NCBI GenBank assembly: GCA_043228905.1
Contig: JBHGNT010000011.1
Span: forward strand, 21,390,001 to 21,454,000
Reading direction: 5' to 3'
DNA: 64,000 bases
From: Azolla caroliniana
Taxonomy: Eukaryota > Plantae > Polypodiophyta
Shown here in pieces: positions 50,201-60,908 of this stretch; within the stretch, counting starts at the first letter, position 1, and each line of letters begins with the position of its first letter. Made by a program: the position numbers and the translations under genes. The notes beneath the pieces are model-generated. The model saw only the letters and a list, made by a program, of their open reading frames with translations. It was not told the origin of the DNA and searched no databases.

Positions 50201-52645
50201 TCTTCTTCTTATTTATTTGTCGTTTCTACATGTGTATCTAATTGGAATGGGGGTAGTGCATCTATGCATATGCCATGTGACTCAAACCATTGCTGCATTT
50301 CAGCAAACCAACAATGAATGTCTCCATTTTCAGCCAGTTGTCTTGATGAGATAAGTGCCAATCTTGGATGCCTTCATTTAGGAAGCTCCCACAGACATGG
50401 ATACAAGTGACTGATCAAAACAATGCCTCAATGATAAGGGGTTGCTCCCATCTCTACCCAGATGACATCATGGGGCACCAATTTTTTGCTCCTTATCATG
50501 CAGGCAATCATTGACACTAAAGATCTCTCTAAATCTTTCCAATGAGCACGTGGCACAGTGTCAAAGACTTTTCGGAAATACACAAAGAAGCAATAAATCC
50601 TCTTTTGAAGAATTAAAAAGGTAATTATTTGGCTTTTATAGCTCTTTACATTTTTAATGCCATGGGCTTTGTCCCCTTACACATTTTCGGGACACAAGGC
50701 CCTCTTTGGATGCTGCAATAGAAGCATGTATATCGTTATTGTCTGCTAATGCCAACAAATCCACTACGTGGTCCTGATAATAAATTATGTTACGCTGAAG
50801 GTCTACTTGGTTGATAAACTTTGTTTGCCCATCAGTTAGAGTGTGATTGCTCACTAGGAAGATTTGAAATGGTGACCCATTTCACCCAATATAATATATT
50901 TCCCACACTGTTAGCTATTGCAAATACATGCTATATGTTTGCAATATTTTACCACATATAATGTATGTGTATACAAAGGATGAACGATGCCATAATTCCA
51001 ATTATTATAAGATAACATACTTGCCATGCAATCCGATCCAGATTTAAGGTAAGAAGGAGAGTTCTTGCTCCCATCCGTGCAGCTGCAAGTGCTGCTTCAC
51101 ATCCGGCATGTCCACCACCCACCACCACCACATCATACACCTCATCTTCATTTCCTGCATACAAAAGAGCTTGGATACCAGCTACAAATAATAAAGAAAA
51201 AGTCATCTATAACCTAAATTATCTACCAAAATAATGCATGGTCAACCTCCTTAGAAGATCTGAAAGAATGAATCAAGAAGTGATGATGTTTCCCATTCTT
51301 AAGCATGGATTATTCTACAATTATCTTCATTACACAAAAAGCAAATGAAGATTCTGAAGTGAGACAAAAGACCTCTTGAGCATTTTTGGAACCTTACCTG
51401 TAATTTGATATACAAGGAGCATCCTCTATTCATGCGGCAAGGGCTTTTGGAACCTTACTTCTAATTTGATACATAAGGAGTATCCTCTATTCATCTGGCA
51501 AGGGCTTTATTAATCAGGCAGAAAACTTCCTTAGGCTAGCCACCTACAGAGTACAAACTTAACTGCAAAACAACGATTACTTTCTTGTGTCATCAACTGT
51601 CACATGGAGAGGAGAGTGGCCATGTGACAGTGGACACCATGCCAATTCTGTAACAAGTTACCATCTTGTATTTAACCCATAGCCATTACAATAGGGTAAT
51701 GAAATACTTCTTGCAACATTCAGTTAAAGATCAAAAACCCAATCATAATAAGGTCTACCATCATGGATTTCTAATTATACCAGAGAATAAATATACCACG
51801 GTTGTGCAAGTAGGATGCCTAGTTGAACAACAACCTGGGGCATGGGTTGGTGACCAGCTCACCTAAGACAATACTTTTCCAGACTGTGTTCTACTGGACA
51901 GCTGTTCTGACACAGAGAACATTGGATGATACTTAATAGCACGGCTGCATGAGATGGAAATGTTTTATCTATTAAGATGACAAAATTTCCTTATTATGCA
52001 ATGTTAATAAGAATTTATAAGAGGATACCAAAAATTGAATTGAATTTTATATGTTTCTTGTGTTTGTTTGTTTTTTTTATTTAGAAAACGAGGGCTGTAA
52101 ATTATCTGTTCAAAAATCCTCTTGCATATGTCCATCCTCTACCTGTCCTTTTTTGACATTTTGATCCCAATGCTGTCTATCTATCCATCCATCTTAATGA
52201 ATTTGATAGCGCAGCCTCTGTAAGAATAATAAGTTCAAAGGCTGATCAATCAATCAAACCGATACTAAGAAAGGGTGCACCCATACTTACATTGTACCTA
52301 GCTCAATCCATCATACACGTGAAATAGCTTGTCCAAAATCAATCCATGGATGTGGAGTTCAAAACTAATTCATACAGCTTAGTTCGTGTCCCCATATGCA
52401 ATCAATCATTAAGCTCTAACTACGTGGAAGAAGAGATGAGACTTACTTGGAGATGGAACAGTTGCAGAGGATAGCACAGAGAACCTTCTGGATAGATTTG
52501 GCGTGTCTCTGTGGGAGAAGCCATATCCGTGGTATAATAAAGAATTGGTGGAGGGTCCATGGCGATGGAACCTTAGTCTCAAAGGAAAAGAAGCTGCAAC
52601 AAAGCTTCGTAAACAGTCGAGAACAGGAGGCATGGCGCAGGCCAT
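38235..52645 (-). CDS. mnmG: tRNA uridine-34 5-carboxymethylaminomethyl modification enzyme MnmG/GidA, organelle-targeted; 13 exons, about 715 aa
   Basis: Exons 52645-52447, 51154(or 51181)-51021, 49067-48976, 46252-46139, 45345-45015, 44898-44719, 44598-44518, 44199-43981, 40795-40653, 39881-39715, 39616-39396, 38634-38542, 38408-38235. All introns are GT-AG and phase-consistent. Motifs: [16 protein letters not shown] (FAD), [60 protein letters not shown]. Exon 1 resembles a transit peptide. Confidence 0.96.
38720..39085. repeat. Intronic minisatellite with embedded telomere-like TTTAGGG units
   Basis: About 9 units spaced 31-42 bp, consensus approximately TTTCTTCATCCATGAGGGTTTAGGGTTTAGGGGCATAAATGC. 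Confidence 0.85.
42575..42698 (-). pseudogene. Plastid-derived 16S rRNA fragment (NUPT) in mnmG intron 8
   Basis: Minus strand reads CGGCTAACTCTGTGCCA...GGATGCAAGCATTATCTGGAATGATTGGGTGTAAAGCATCTGTAAGTGGC...AAGTCTGCTGCCAAATC. This matches the remembered plastid rrn16 region around E. coli positions 505-630, with CpG-type transitions. Confidence 0.85.
46534..46664 (-). mobile_element. Miniature TRIM-like LTR element (LTR-PBS-internal-PPT-LTR, 131 bp)
   Basis: TG...CA termini at 46628-46664 and 46534-46557 share AATAGACTCTTAACA. PBS TGGTATCGGAGC at 46626-46615; purine tract GTGATGGGGATT abuts the 3' LTR; flanks GAGAA/GAGAC. Confidence 0.75.
49672..50163. mobile_element. Non-autonomous hAT-like MITE in mnmG intron 2
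   Basis: Imperfect 23-bp TIRs (TAACAATCGGTAATGGTTCGGTT vs TAGCAATCGCCAATGGTTTGGTT, 19/23), dense subterminal AACCG/AAACC motifs and an AT-rich core; TSD is degenerate. Confidence 0.75.
51384..51508. repeat. Tandem duplication, 2 x 61 bp, in mnmG intron 1
   Basis: TTTTGGAACCTTAC...CCTCTATTCAT..GGCAAGGGC occurs twice. Confidence 0.9.
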
Positions 52646-54849
52646 CAGAAGTAGAAGATGAAGTAAAGCGCACAAATTATTTGGCTTCAATTTTTCGCTT
52701 CATGAGATAGGATTTTCGAGCTCAGAATCGATGCAGAAATACTAGCATTCCTTACCCTACGGCCCTGATTCATTACTGGTTTAGTTAATCTCATTGATCC
52801 ACAACTTAATTATGCACACCCTGATCCTCACAACCAAGAGGTTCTCCAACACTATGACCCAATATGTACTTCAAAGATGTCACTGAGATGGCATTTGTGT
52901 GTGTGGCCAGAGAGAGCTAGTGAGCTAGTGGACATCTAACTCTAGCATTGGTGAAGTCAATAGTTTACGAAAAATGATTTTAACACTCACACGTGTCTTG
53001 TGCTTAATTCTGGGATGATAAAAGGGATAGTATGCATGAAAGGAAAAGGATTGAGCTTGTGAGACTAGATTAATTACAAACATCCCAAATTTCTTCATGT
53101 TGATATTTTGTGCAAAGCAATGGCGAGGTTTCAAATAGATGCATTGTAGTACGTGATCATGGTTAGGGTTATACAATTGGGTAGATCTTAAGATTTTCAT
53201 GCTTTTTATTAGTTAATCTTGTTTATATATGACTATACAAGCAATTAGGGTACTAAGAGCCTACCATCATTAAACATTTTAAATGTTTACCATGTCTTTC
53301 TCATTCCCCTAAAACAACATATAGCCTTGATATTTACTAAATAACAATTGCCACAATCACCATTGCATCATTCTGACATACAATCACTTTTTAGGTAACC
53401 AAGATTTTTCTTTCTATAGTTGTGAAGGTTACAACGAGAGAAATGTATAGCTTGATGCACATTCTTAGCTTAAATCGACTGAATCTAATGCAAAAATGTG
53501 ACCTCCAAATGCAACAAAGAAAATAACCATTGCTTTCTATGTGGCTACAACTAATGTTGAGTTTTTGATAATATTTATTTTACAATCAAATTAATGCAAA
53601 GCTAGTGCACATGAGAAAGTAGGTTTCACCTCAATCAAAATGACCAAAAGTGTTCATTTCATGTGCATAAATATATGGTTCATATAATACGATATTGCAC
53701 AACAATCTGTCTGCATTGAAGATGTAAGAGAAAATCCGAAGACAAGATAAACACTCCATGCACAACCTTGTGAGAATCAAACTCAATAAACTTTGCTACA
53801 TTGCCAACATTCATGCCAATCACTATTTCACTATATACTCCCAATCACCATATCCCACATATTAACATGTGTAGACATGGAAGAAAAACACTATAAAAGC
53901 CAAAATTGTCACCCTTATTCATCACTATTGGTGTAAGTGAAACACTACTTAGGTAATTATCTTTTGAAAGTGAAAAATGGTTTAAGTTCATCAAAGTATT
54001 GCGATGGCAATGTTTATGCTAGTTAAACAATCTAAAATTAAATATATAGCAATGTTTATGCGATGGTACACTCGTGCTCCTTGAGTTTTGAACCATGATT
54101 TTCATGTCATGTTCTCTATAATAATTCATCATAATTTCTGGATGATATCATGCATGGCTTTATAAAATTTGCATTATCGCACTACCACAAATACAAAGAA
54201 TGATGCCCTTGCATTAAACTCAAAACTAAATCATGTGTATCATTGTTTATGAAAACTTGAAGTGCATATTGGATTGCTTATACACTTAATGTGAGTTTAT
54301 CTATATTGATTTTGTTAGACTTTTGAGTCATCGGATGTGTTCATAAGAGTTGCATTAATCTACAACCTAGCTAATCTTAATTTCACACATGTTGAATTTG
54401 AAATTTTGTGTAATATATGCACTAATAATTGCACAATGGGAAAGAGATTGAAAACAACATGGAAGAGTTCCTTACCCATCAAATAAAGTGTGATGCCTAA
54501 CTAGAGTGCTACCCATATGAATGTTGTCAATGAAATGAACAATTCATCTTCTTATAGTGTTTCCACACGCATCTCCTTGACAAATACGCCATTGTCACTT
54601 CTAATTTCCTTTGGACAAAGTTAATCGAGTACTTTTGGGTACTTGGCTTCATGGATGTTCTTCATCCATTAGATATGCTTTGAATGGGTTGCATTTGTGC
54701 AATAGACATTTGTCAACCATATTTACTATTGCCAAGAAACTCCTACTCTTCTTTGGACACCTTGCAACCATATTACCAAACTTCGAAGAGTACATTTATG
54801 GTCTTTTCTTTTATTGTTTCAAGTCAAAAGAATGTTATAAACCTTTTGA

Positions 54850-57800
54850 TCACATCACTACAATAGTTTTTGACATCAAGACATCCCAAACATGGAGGTT
54901 GTTATATTCTTCTATTTCTTCAACCCTCTCAATGTCTACAACATTGCAATCTGCATATATATTAAACATACATACATGGGCTCCAACATCCTTCTCATCC
55001 AATCTCAATGCAAATTCGAAAACTTCTCGTCCAAGTATGGCATTTTGCCACTTTCTACATGCACCCAACAATGTATGAAATATCACAGTATCTGGATGGA
55101 ATGGCATCTCTTCGAGAAGAAGTTTGGCCTCTTCTAATTGACCAGCTCGGCCTAGAAGATCAACCATGCAAGTATAGTGCTCAAGGGTTGGTACAATTCC
55201 ACATTTATTTCTCATTACATCAAAGAAGATTTGGCCTTCGTTCACAAAACCAGAATGACTACATGCCATAAGAACTATTACAAATGTGTCAGCAACCAGA
55301 TTCAAAGTTTCTTCACCCATTTTTGCAAGAATATAAGAAACCTTCTCGATATGCCCAAGATTGGCATATCCCGCAAGAAGTGAGTTCCATAAAGGAATAT
55401 CCGAAACAATACCTTCTTTCTTCATCTCTTCTAAGCACTCAAGTGCTTCTTCACTCCACCCATGTTTAATATATCCTGAAATTATCGTCGTCCAAGAGAC
55501 CACATCCCGAAAAGAAAGCTGATTTAACACTGAGTGTGCCGAACAGAATAAGTTGCAATTTACATACATATCAAGTAATGCATTTCCGACAATCAAACTT
55601 GATTCTAAAAAACCCTTTTTCATGATGTCAGAATGCAATTCTCTACCCTTCGTTAAGGCTCGGGTGCTACCACAAGCTCTTAGGGTGCTAACAAATGTGA
55701 ATACATCAGGCAATATACTCTGCATTTGCATTTCTTGAAAACAATTCAATGCTTCTTCCTCACGTCCTTCATTGACATTTCCAGCGATTAGAGCATTCCA
55801 AGACACCGTGTCTCGGACTGGAAGCTTGTCAAACACATATTGGGCTTCCACAAGCAATCCATGTTTTAAGTACATATCAATCAATGCATTGCCCATGATG
55901 AGATATCCTTCCAGGAACCCCCGTTGGATTATTTCAGCATGCAATCTATAGCCCATGTTGACAAACTCTAGGCTGCTACAAGCTTTTAAGTTGCAGAGGA
56001 AAGTGACCAAATCTGGACAAATACCTGCAGACTGCATCTGCTCAAAGCACTCTAATGCTGCTAGACTACCAAATGCACTGTCCACATATCCATTAATAAG
56101 AGTGTTCCATGATACTGTATCAACTTCAACCTTTGTTAAAATTTGATGTCCCTCTTTGAGTTGGCCACATTTTGCATACATACTGATTAATGCATTCCCA
56201 ACAAAACTTTCTTCAAGGAAGCTCCGTTTCAAAATCTCAGAATGAACTTCTCGACCCTTGTCTATATTTCCAACATTGCCACACACATTCAAGATGCAAA
56301 CATATGTAGTAGTATCCGGTAAGATCCTGTCAAATTTCATCCAATCATAAGATTCAATTGATTCCTCATTATATCCTTGCTTAAGGTACACAGACATTAG
56401 AGCATTCCATGAGATAGTATCTCGAACGAAAAGCTTGTAGAACACATCCTCCACTTCCAGAAGTAAGCCATCAGTAGCATACATATTGATCAGTGCTGTT
56501 CCAACCATACAATTCTCTCTTTCAGACCCTATTGCAACAATGTATCTATGTATTTCTTGACCCTTGCATGAAGCTCTTAAACCGATGCACGCCTTTATGC
56601 CACATACAAGAGTGACATCATCTAGATAAGCACCCTCTAGTTGCATGCGCTCAAAACAAGCAAGTGTTTCTTCACAGTGTCCATGACTTAAATATGCTTC
56701 CATTACTCCATTCTGCAAGACTGTATTCTCCTCCTGTGATTTTACAAGAGAGCTACATGTGAATTCTTTCTCCAACAAGCCTTTATTAATCATCTCAGAA
56801 TGCAGCTCATGGCAATCTTCCATGGTGTCAACACTGCTGCACACCTTTAATCTGCAAAGAAATGTTGCTATGTCTGGATTGATCCGCAGTTGTTGCATTT
56901 TCTGGATGCATTTCAATGCATGATTAAAGTACCCGTACTTTATATATCCCATTGATAGAGTGTTCCACGAGACCGTATCTTTAAGTGGAAGTTTATCAAA
57001 GATATCCTGTGCTTCTTTAAAAAGACCACAACTAATATACATGTCAAGAAGTGCATTACCAAGACAAATATGGTTTTCCAACAGATCCTGTTTGACAATA
57101 TTGGTGTGTATATTCTGCCCATTGTCTATGGCTCCTATGTTACTGCAAGCTTTCATGATGTAGAGAAAGGTGATGGCATCCGGATAGACACCCTCCAGTT
57201 GCATCTGCTCAAAACAATTCAGTGCTAGCATGCTACACCCATGGTTCATGTATGCTCCAATAAGTGCATTCCATGAGACTATATCCTGATCCGGAAGTTT
57301 GTCAAATACTTCTTGTGAATATATTAGTATATTACAACATGAATACATATCAATAAGTGCCGTGCCAACATTAGGATATTGCTCTAATAGCTTTAGCCTC
57401 GTCACCTCAGCATGTATTTCCTGACCTTTCTCAATCTCTCTGATACTGCTGCATGCTTTCAGGACACAAATATACACAACACTATCTGGCCAGATGGCCC
57501 CATCTTGCATTTTCTGGAAACAATTTATTGCTTCTTCACCAAACCCATGTTTGGTGTGTCCTGCTATAAGGGAAGTCCATGCCACTATGTCTCGGGTTTG
57601 AAGCCTAAAAAACACCTCTTCCGCCTCTGCAAGAAAACCACCATTGGCATACATATCGACCAAAGCATTGCCTATTGATGTATCCTCTTCCAGACATCCC
57701 CTTAATACAATCTCAAAATGGAGGTGCTGACCCTTCTCTATGCTGTCTATATTGGTACATGCTGTCAGATTACAAATAAGTGTGACTACATCTGGAGAGA

Positions 57801-58761
57801 AACCTTCTGTTTGCATCATTTTGAAACACTCAAATACTTCATTCGTGAACCCCTGTCTAAGGTATCCAGCTGACAGTATATTCCACGAAACTATGTCTTT
57901 TGCTGGAATTTTATTAAAAACTTCTTGAGCCTTCGTGAGGAAACCACATTTGGCATACATGTCAATCAAAGCATTTCCAACAAGAACATCTGTCTTCAGC
58001 AACCCTCTTTTCTCAACTTCAACATGCATTAATTGACCCTTTCCTGCAGCTCCTAAGATGCCATATGCTTTTAATATACAAGCAAATGTCAGAGGATTTG
58101 GAGAGATTCCCCCTTGTTGCATCTCTTCAAAGCATTTCAAAGCATGCTCACAATGTCCAACTTTGACATGCCCCGTAATTAACGATGTCCATGTGATTGC
58201 ATCTCGAACTTGAAGTCCATTAAACACTTCTTGTGCTGTTGTGAGAAGGCCACATTTGACATACATATGTACCATTGTACTGCTAACAAAAAAGCCATTT
58301 TCCAAACCTCTTGTTACAATATCATTGTGTATTTTCCAGCCCATTTCTCTATCTTTAAGCTTAGCACAAGCCTGCAACAATGGCACGAATGTGTGCTCAC
58401 TAGGACATAAAGAATCATCTTGCATTCTTTCATATAATGTAAAAGCGCAAGGTGACTTATCATATTTAACATACCCAGAGAGAAGAGAATTGTAAGAGTA
58501 ATTGTTCCTGTAGGAAATTTGATCAAAAAGCTCTTGAGCATCGTGCAATCGTCCGACCTCAACTAGCATCGGAACAAGGTAATTTGCAAGTGATCTGTGA
58601 GTTTCTAGGCCATGTTTTCTCAGTAAGGCATGCAATCGTTGTACATTCGAGGGAATCAGCTCAGTCCGCCATTTGCGCAAAATGCATGCAATGTCATCAA
58701 TCGAAGGATACAATCCTTGTTCAAGCAAACTAAGTGCTTTCTCTATGGTTAACATTCTCAT
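54850..58761 (-). CDS. PLS-class pentatricopeptide repeat protein with E domain and no DYW (probable organellar RNA-editing factor), 1303 aa
   Basis: Intronless. About 11 P-L-S triplets (VGNALIDMYAKCG, DIVSWNALI, PDxxTFxxxLKAC), then L2/S2/E motifs VLMACSHSG, EHYTCMVDLLGRAGQL, TLLGACRKW and NIYA. Confidence 0.95.
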   Translation of the reverse strand: MRMLTIEKALSLLEQGLYPSIDDIACILRKWRTELIPSNVQRLHALLRKHGLETHRSLANYLVPMLVEVGRLHDAQELFDQISYRNNYSYNSLLSGYVKYDKSPCAFTLYERMQDDSLCPSEHTFVPLLQACAKLKDREMGWKIHNDIVTRGLENGFFVSSTMVHMYVKCGLLTTAQEVFNGLQVRDAITWTSLITGHVKVGHCEHALKCFEEMQQGGISPNPLTFACILKAYGILGAAGKGQLMHVEVEKRGLLKTDVLVGNALIDMYAKCGFLTKAQEVFNKIPAKDIVSWNILSAGYLRQGFTNEVFECFKMMQTEGFSPDVVTLICNLTACTNIDSIEKGQHLHFEIVLRGCLEEDTSIGNALVDMYANGGFLAEAEEVFFRLQTRDIVAWTSLIAGHTKHGFGEEAINCFQKMQDGAIWPDSVVYICVLKACSSIREIEKGQEIHAEVTRLKLLEQYPNVGTALIDMYSCCNILIYSQEVFDKLPDQDIVSWNALIGAYMNHGCSMLALNCFEQMQLEGVYPDAITFLYIMKACSNIGAIDNGQNIHTNIVKQDLLENHICLGNALLDMYISCGLFKEAQDIFDKLPLKDTVSWNTLSMGYIKYGYFNHALKCIQKMQQLRINPDIATFLCRLKVCSSVDTMEDCHELHSEMINKGLLEKEFTCSSLVKSQEENTVLQNGVMEAYLSHGHCEETLACFERMQLEGAYLDDVTLVCGIKACIGLRASCKGQEIHRYIVAIGSERENCMVGTALINMYATDGLLLEVEDVFYKLFVRDTISWNALMSVYLKQGYNEESIESYDWMKFDRILPDTTTYVCILNVCGNVGNIDKGREVHSEILKRSFLEESFVGNALISMYAKCGQLKEGHQILTKVEVDTVSWNTLINGYVDSAFGSLAALECFEQMQSAGICPDLVTFLCNLKACSSLEFVNMGYRLHAEIIQRGFLEGYLIMGNALIDMYLKHGLLVEAQYVFDKLPVRDTVSWNALIAGNVNEGREEEALNCFQEMQMQSILPDVFTFVSTLRACGSTRALTKGRELHSDIMKKGFLESSLIVGNALLDMYVNCNLFCSAHSVLNQLSFRDVVSWTTIISGYIKHGWSEEALECLEEMKKEGIVSDIPLWNSLLAGYANLGHIEKVSYILAKMGEETLNLVADTFVIVLMACSHSGFVNEGQIFFDVMRNKCGIVPTLEHYTCMVDLLGRAGQLEEAKLLLEEMPFHPDTVIFHTLLGACRKWQNAILGREVFEFALRLDEKDVGAHVCMFNIYADCNVVDIERVEEIEEYNNLHVWDVLMSKTIVVM

Positions 58762-60070
58762 CAGAATTCACATAGTGCCAACGAGATGTTTGCTGAAGGA
58801 TTTGGCATGGAATCCTTCATCAAAGAGGTTTTTTTTCTAGCCATTTCACATCATTGAAAAGACATGTCACATGCTGGATCTCAAGATTTTACAGGGAATA
58901 GGCACTTCCACAACATACATGCAGACTTGTCAATCAAAAGAGATTGTCCTTGTCTGTATTTAGCACTGCTCCATAGACTACAGTTTGATGAAGGATTTAG
59001 TATGGAACTCTTCAACTGAAGAGATTCCTTTTCTTGGTCATTTCATACCATTGAAGAAGGGCCATGTATGAATTCAAGATTTTGGAAGAAATCCTGTGGA
59101 ATCAATATACATGTCAATTCCTTAACTAAAAGAGATTATCCAAAACCAAGTTTTTTTCTTACATTTACCATTCTCAGAAGAATCCACACAACGACAAATT
59201 CCAATGGCATGATTGATGAAAAGATTTGCATTGACCCCTTGCCCATGTACAACCTCAAGATGTCAGAGCTAGTCCAGTCAATTCTGGAAGTTGTGCAACA
59301 TATATGCAAAGCCATGGTATACGAAAGAGATAATGTTTGTTTGATCAAACTTAGTGTTTTCTTTATGCTTAACAGTCCCACACAAGAATCTACACAATGC
59401 CAAGGGGAGACTTTTTTCGGATCATTCAATTTTTCTTGCATTTAACTGTGCATTTTCTTTACATTAGACATCCTCAAGAAATTTTTGTAATGCCGATAAA
59501 CTTTTGATGATAGATTTGGTGTGAACCCTTGTGTGAAGTGATCTTTTGATGATATTTCAAATAAAATTTACATTTAACTGAAAAAGATGATCCTTGTTCC
59601 ATCAAACTCATTGCTTTCTTTACATTCAACATTCTCACAAACTTCTCACAATGCCAATGAGACATTTGATGAATAATTTGGCAGGAGAACTTCCCAGAAG
59701 AGACTTTTTTCTCATGGTTGAAATTTTCACATCAGCTGAAAGGAAAATTCCTCCGATTACAGAACAGTGCAGATCAGGATCGGTACAACTATCCAAATTC
59801 GTCCCTTCCTTAATACTATTTATCCATATTATATATCTCCGGCTTTATCCTCTGATTCACACCTCCGCCTCCGGATCATACTCTTCCTCGGCCATCACCA
59901 AGCAGTATTTTATACCTCCTTATGTATTCGCTATAGTTGGCAAATCTCTTCAATATAATCCATCCTCACAATGAGACGAAATGTTTTGATGAAATGTATC
60001 AAAATAAACCCTTAACCCAAAAGGAGGGTTTTGTTTCTGGTCATTTCACTTCAATGAAGATGTCATTATC
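58716..60070 (-). repeat. Degenerate array of duplicated segments homologous to the PPR start region
   Basis: Copies of the PPR-start block at about 59140, 59337, 59435 and 59591 (e.g. RMLNVKKAMSLMEQG vs RMLTIEKALSLLEQG), and of the adjacent upstream block at about 58985, 59665 and 59985. Confidence 0.75.
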
Positions 60071-60686
60071 AAGAAAACTCGGCACAAAAATTCGAATGAC
60101 ACGATTGACGAGGGATGGCGAATGGAATTTATTTTGTTTTCTGGTAACTCCAAAGACAGCCTTCTGTTAGCACGGTAGAACTGTGAAAGAAAAACTTAGC
60201 CCAATTGATCTTACATACGAAGAAGTATCGGGAGGCCTTTCTCTGCGTTTCCGAAGCTGTATGTTGGAGCTCGCCAAGGCGTTCAAAACAACGCAGAGAA
60301 AATAATAAACAAATTACATAAACATGCCCTCCACTTACTAATCGAAAGAAGGCTTTTCTTTTTTAAATTCTACATATCTAGCCTGATTCCATCCAAATCT
60401 TTTCTCTCTTGTTTGGTCTTATAAGCCATTGTGGCCTCTTAAAACACGTTTATATACATATCTTGCTTTCTTTCTTTCTCTATAATGGCTTTCAGAACAT
60501 TTTTTAAGAAAGTTGTTTTTGTTTTTTTTCGTAATTAGCTTACTCTAGTGATGAGTGAGTTGTTACATTACTATAACCAAGTCTTGGGTTTCCTACCTAA
60601 TTGTCTCACCCTTGTATTACTCCACACATATGCTCTTAATTTACTAGATGCCATTGTGGAATGTAGTGGTTAAACCCTATCAGGTG

Positions 60687-60688
<2 letters not shown>

Positions 60689-60732
<44 letters not shown>

Positions 60733-60908
60733 ATGCCCATCCTAAATAACATTTGCCTAATTCAGCCCCCTTACCTACCTAGAGGAATCAAATGCAAACC
60801 TATACATCAAAGCTTTCCATGCCCATCCTAAATAACATTTGCCTAATTCAGCCCCCTTACTTGCCTAGAGGAATTGAATCCAAACCTATACATCAAAGCT
60901 TTCCATGC
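60689..60908. repeat. (TG)n microsatellite followed by a 2 x 86 bp tandem duplication
   Basis: CATGCCCATCCTAAATAACATTTGCCTAATTCAGCCCCCTTAC... starts at 60732 and again at 60818. Confidence 0.92.

Noticed and set aside
54611-55078. 155-aa + strand ORF overlapping the PPR 3' end; also a search for a downstream DYW domain
   Set aside because: The ORF is an antisense shadow, and no HxE/CxxC/DYW motifs are visible after the PPR stop.
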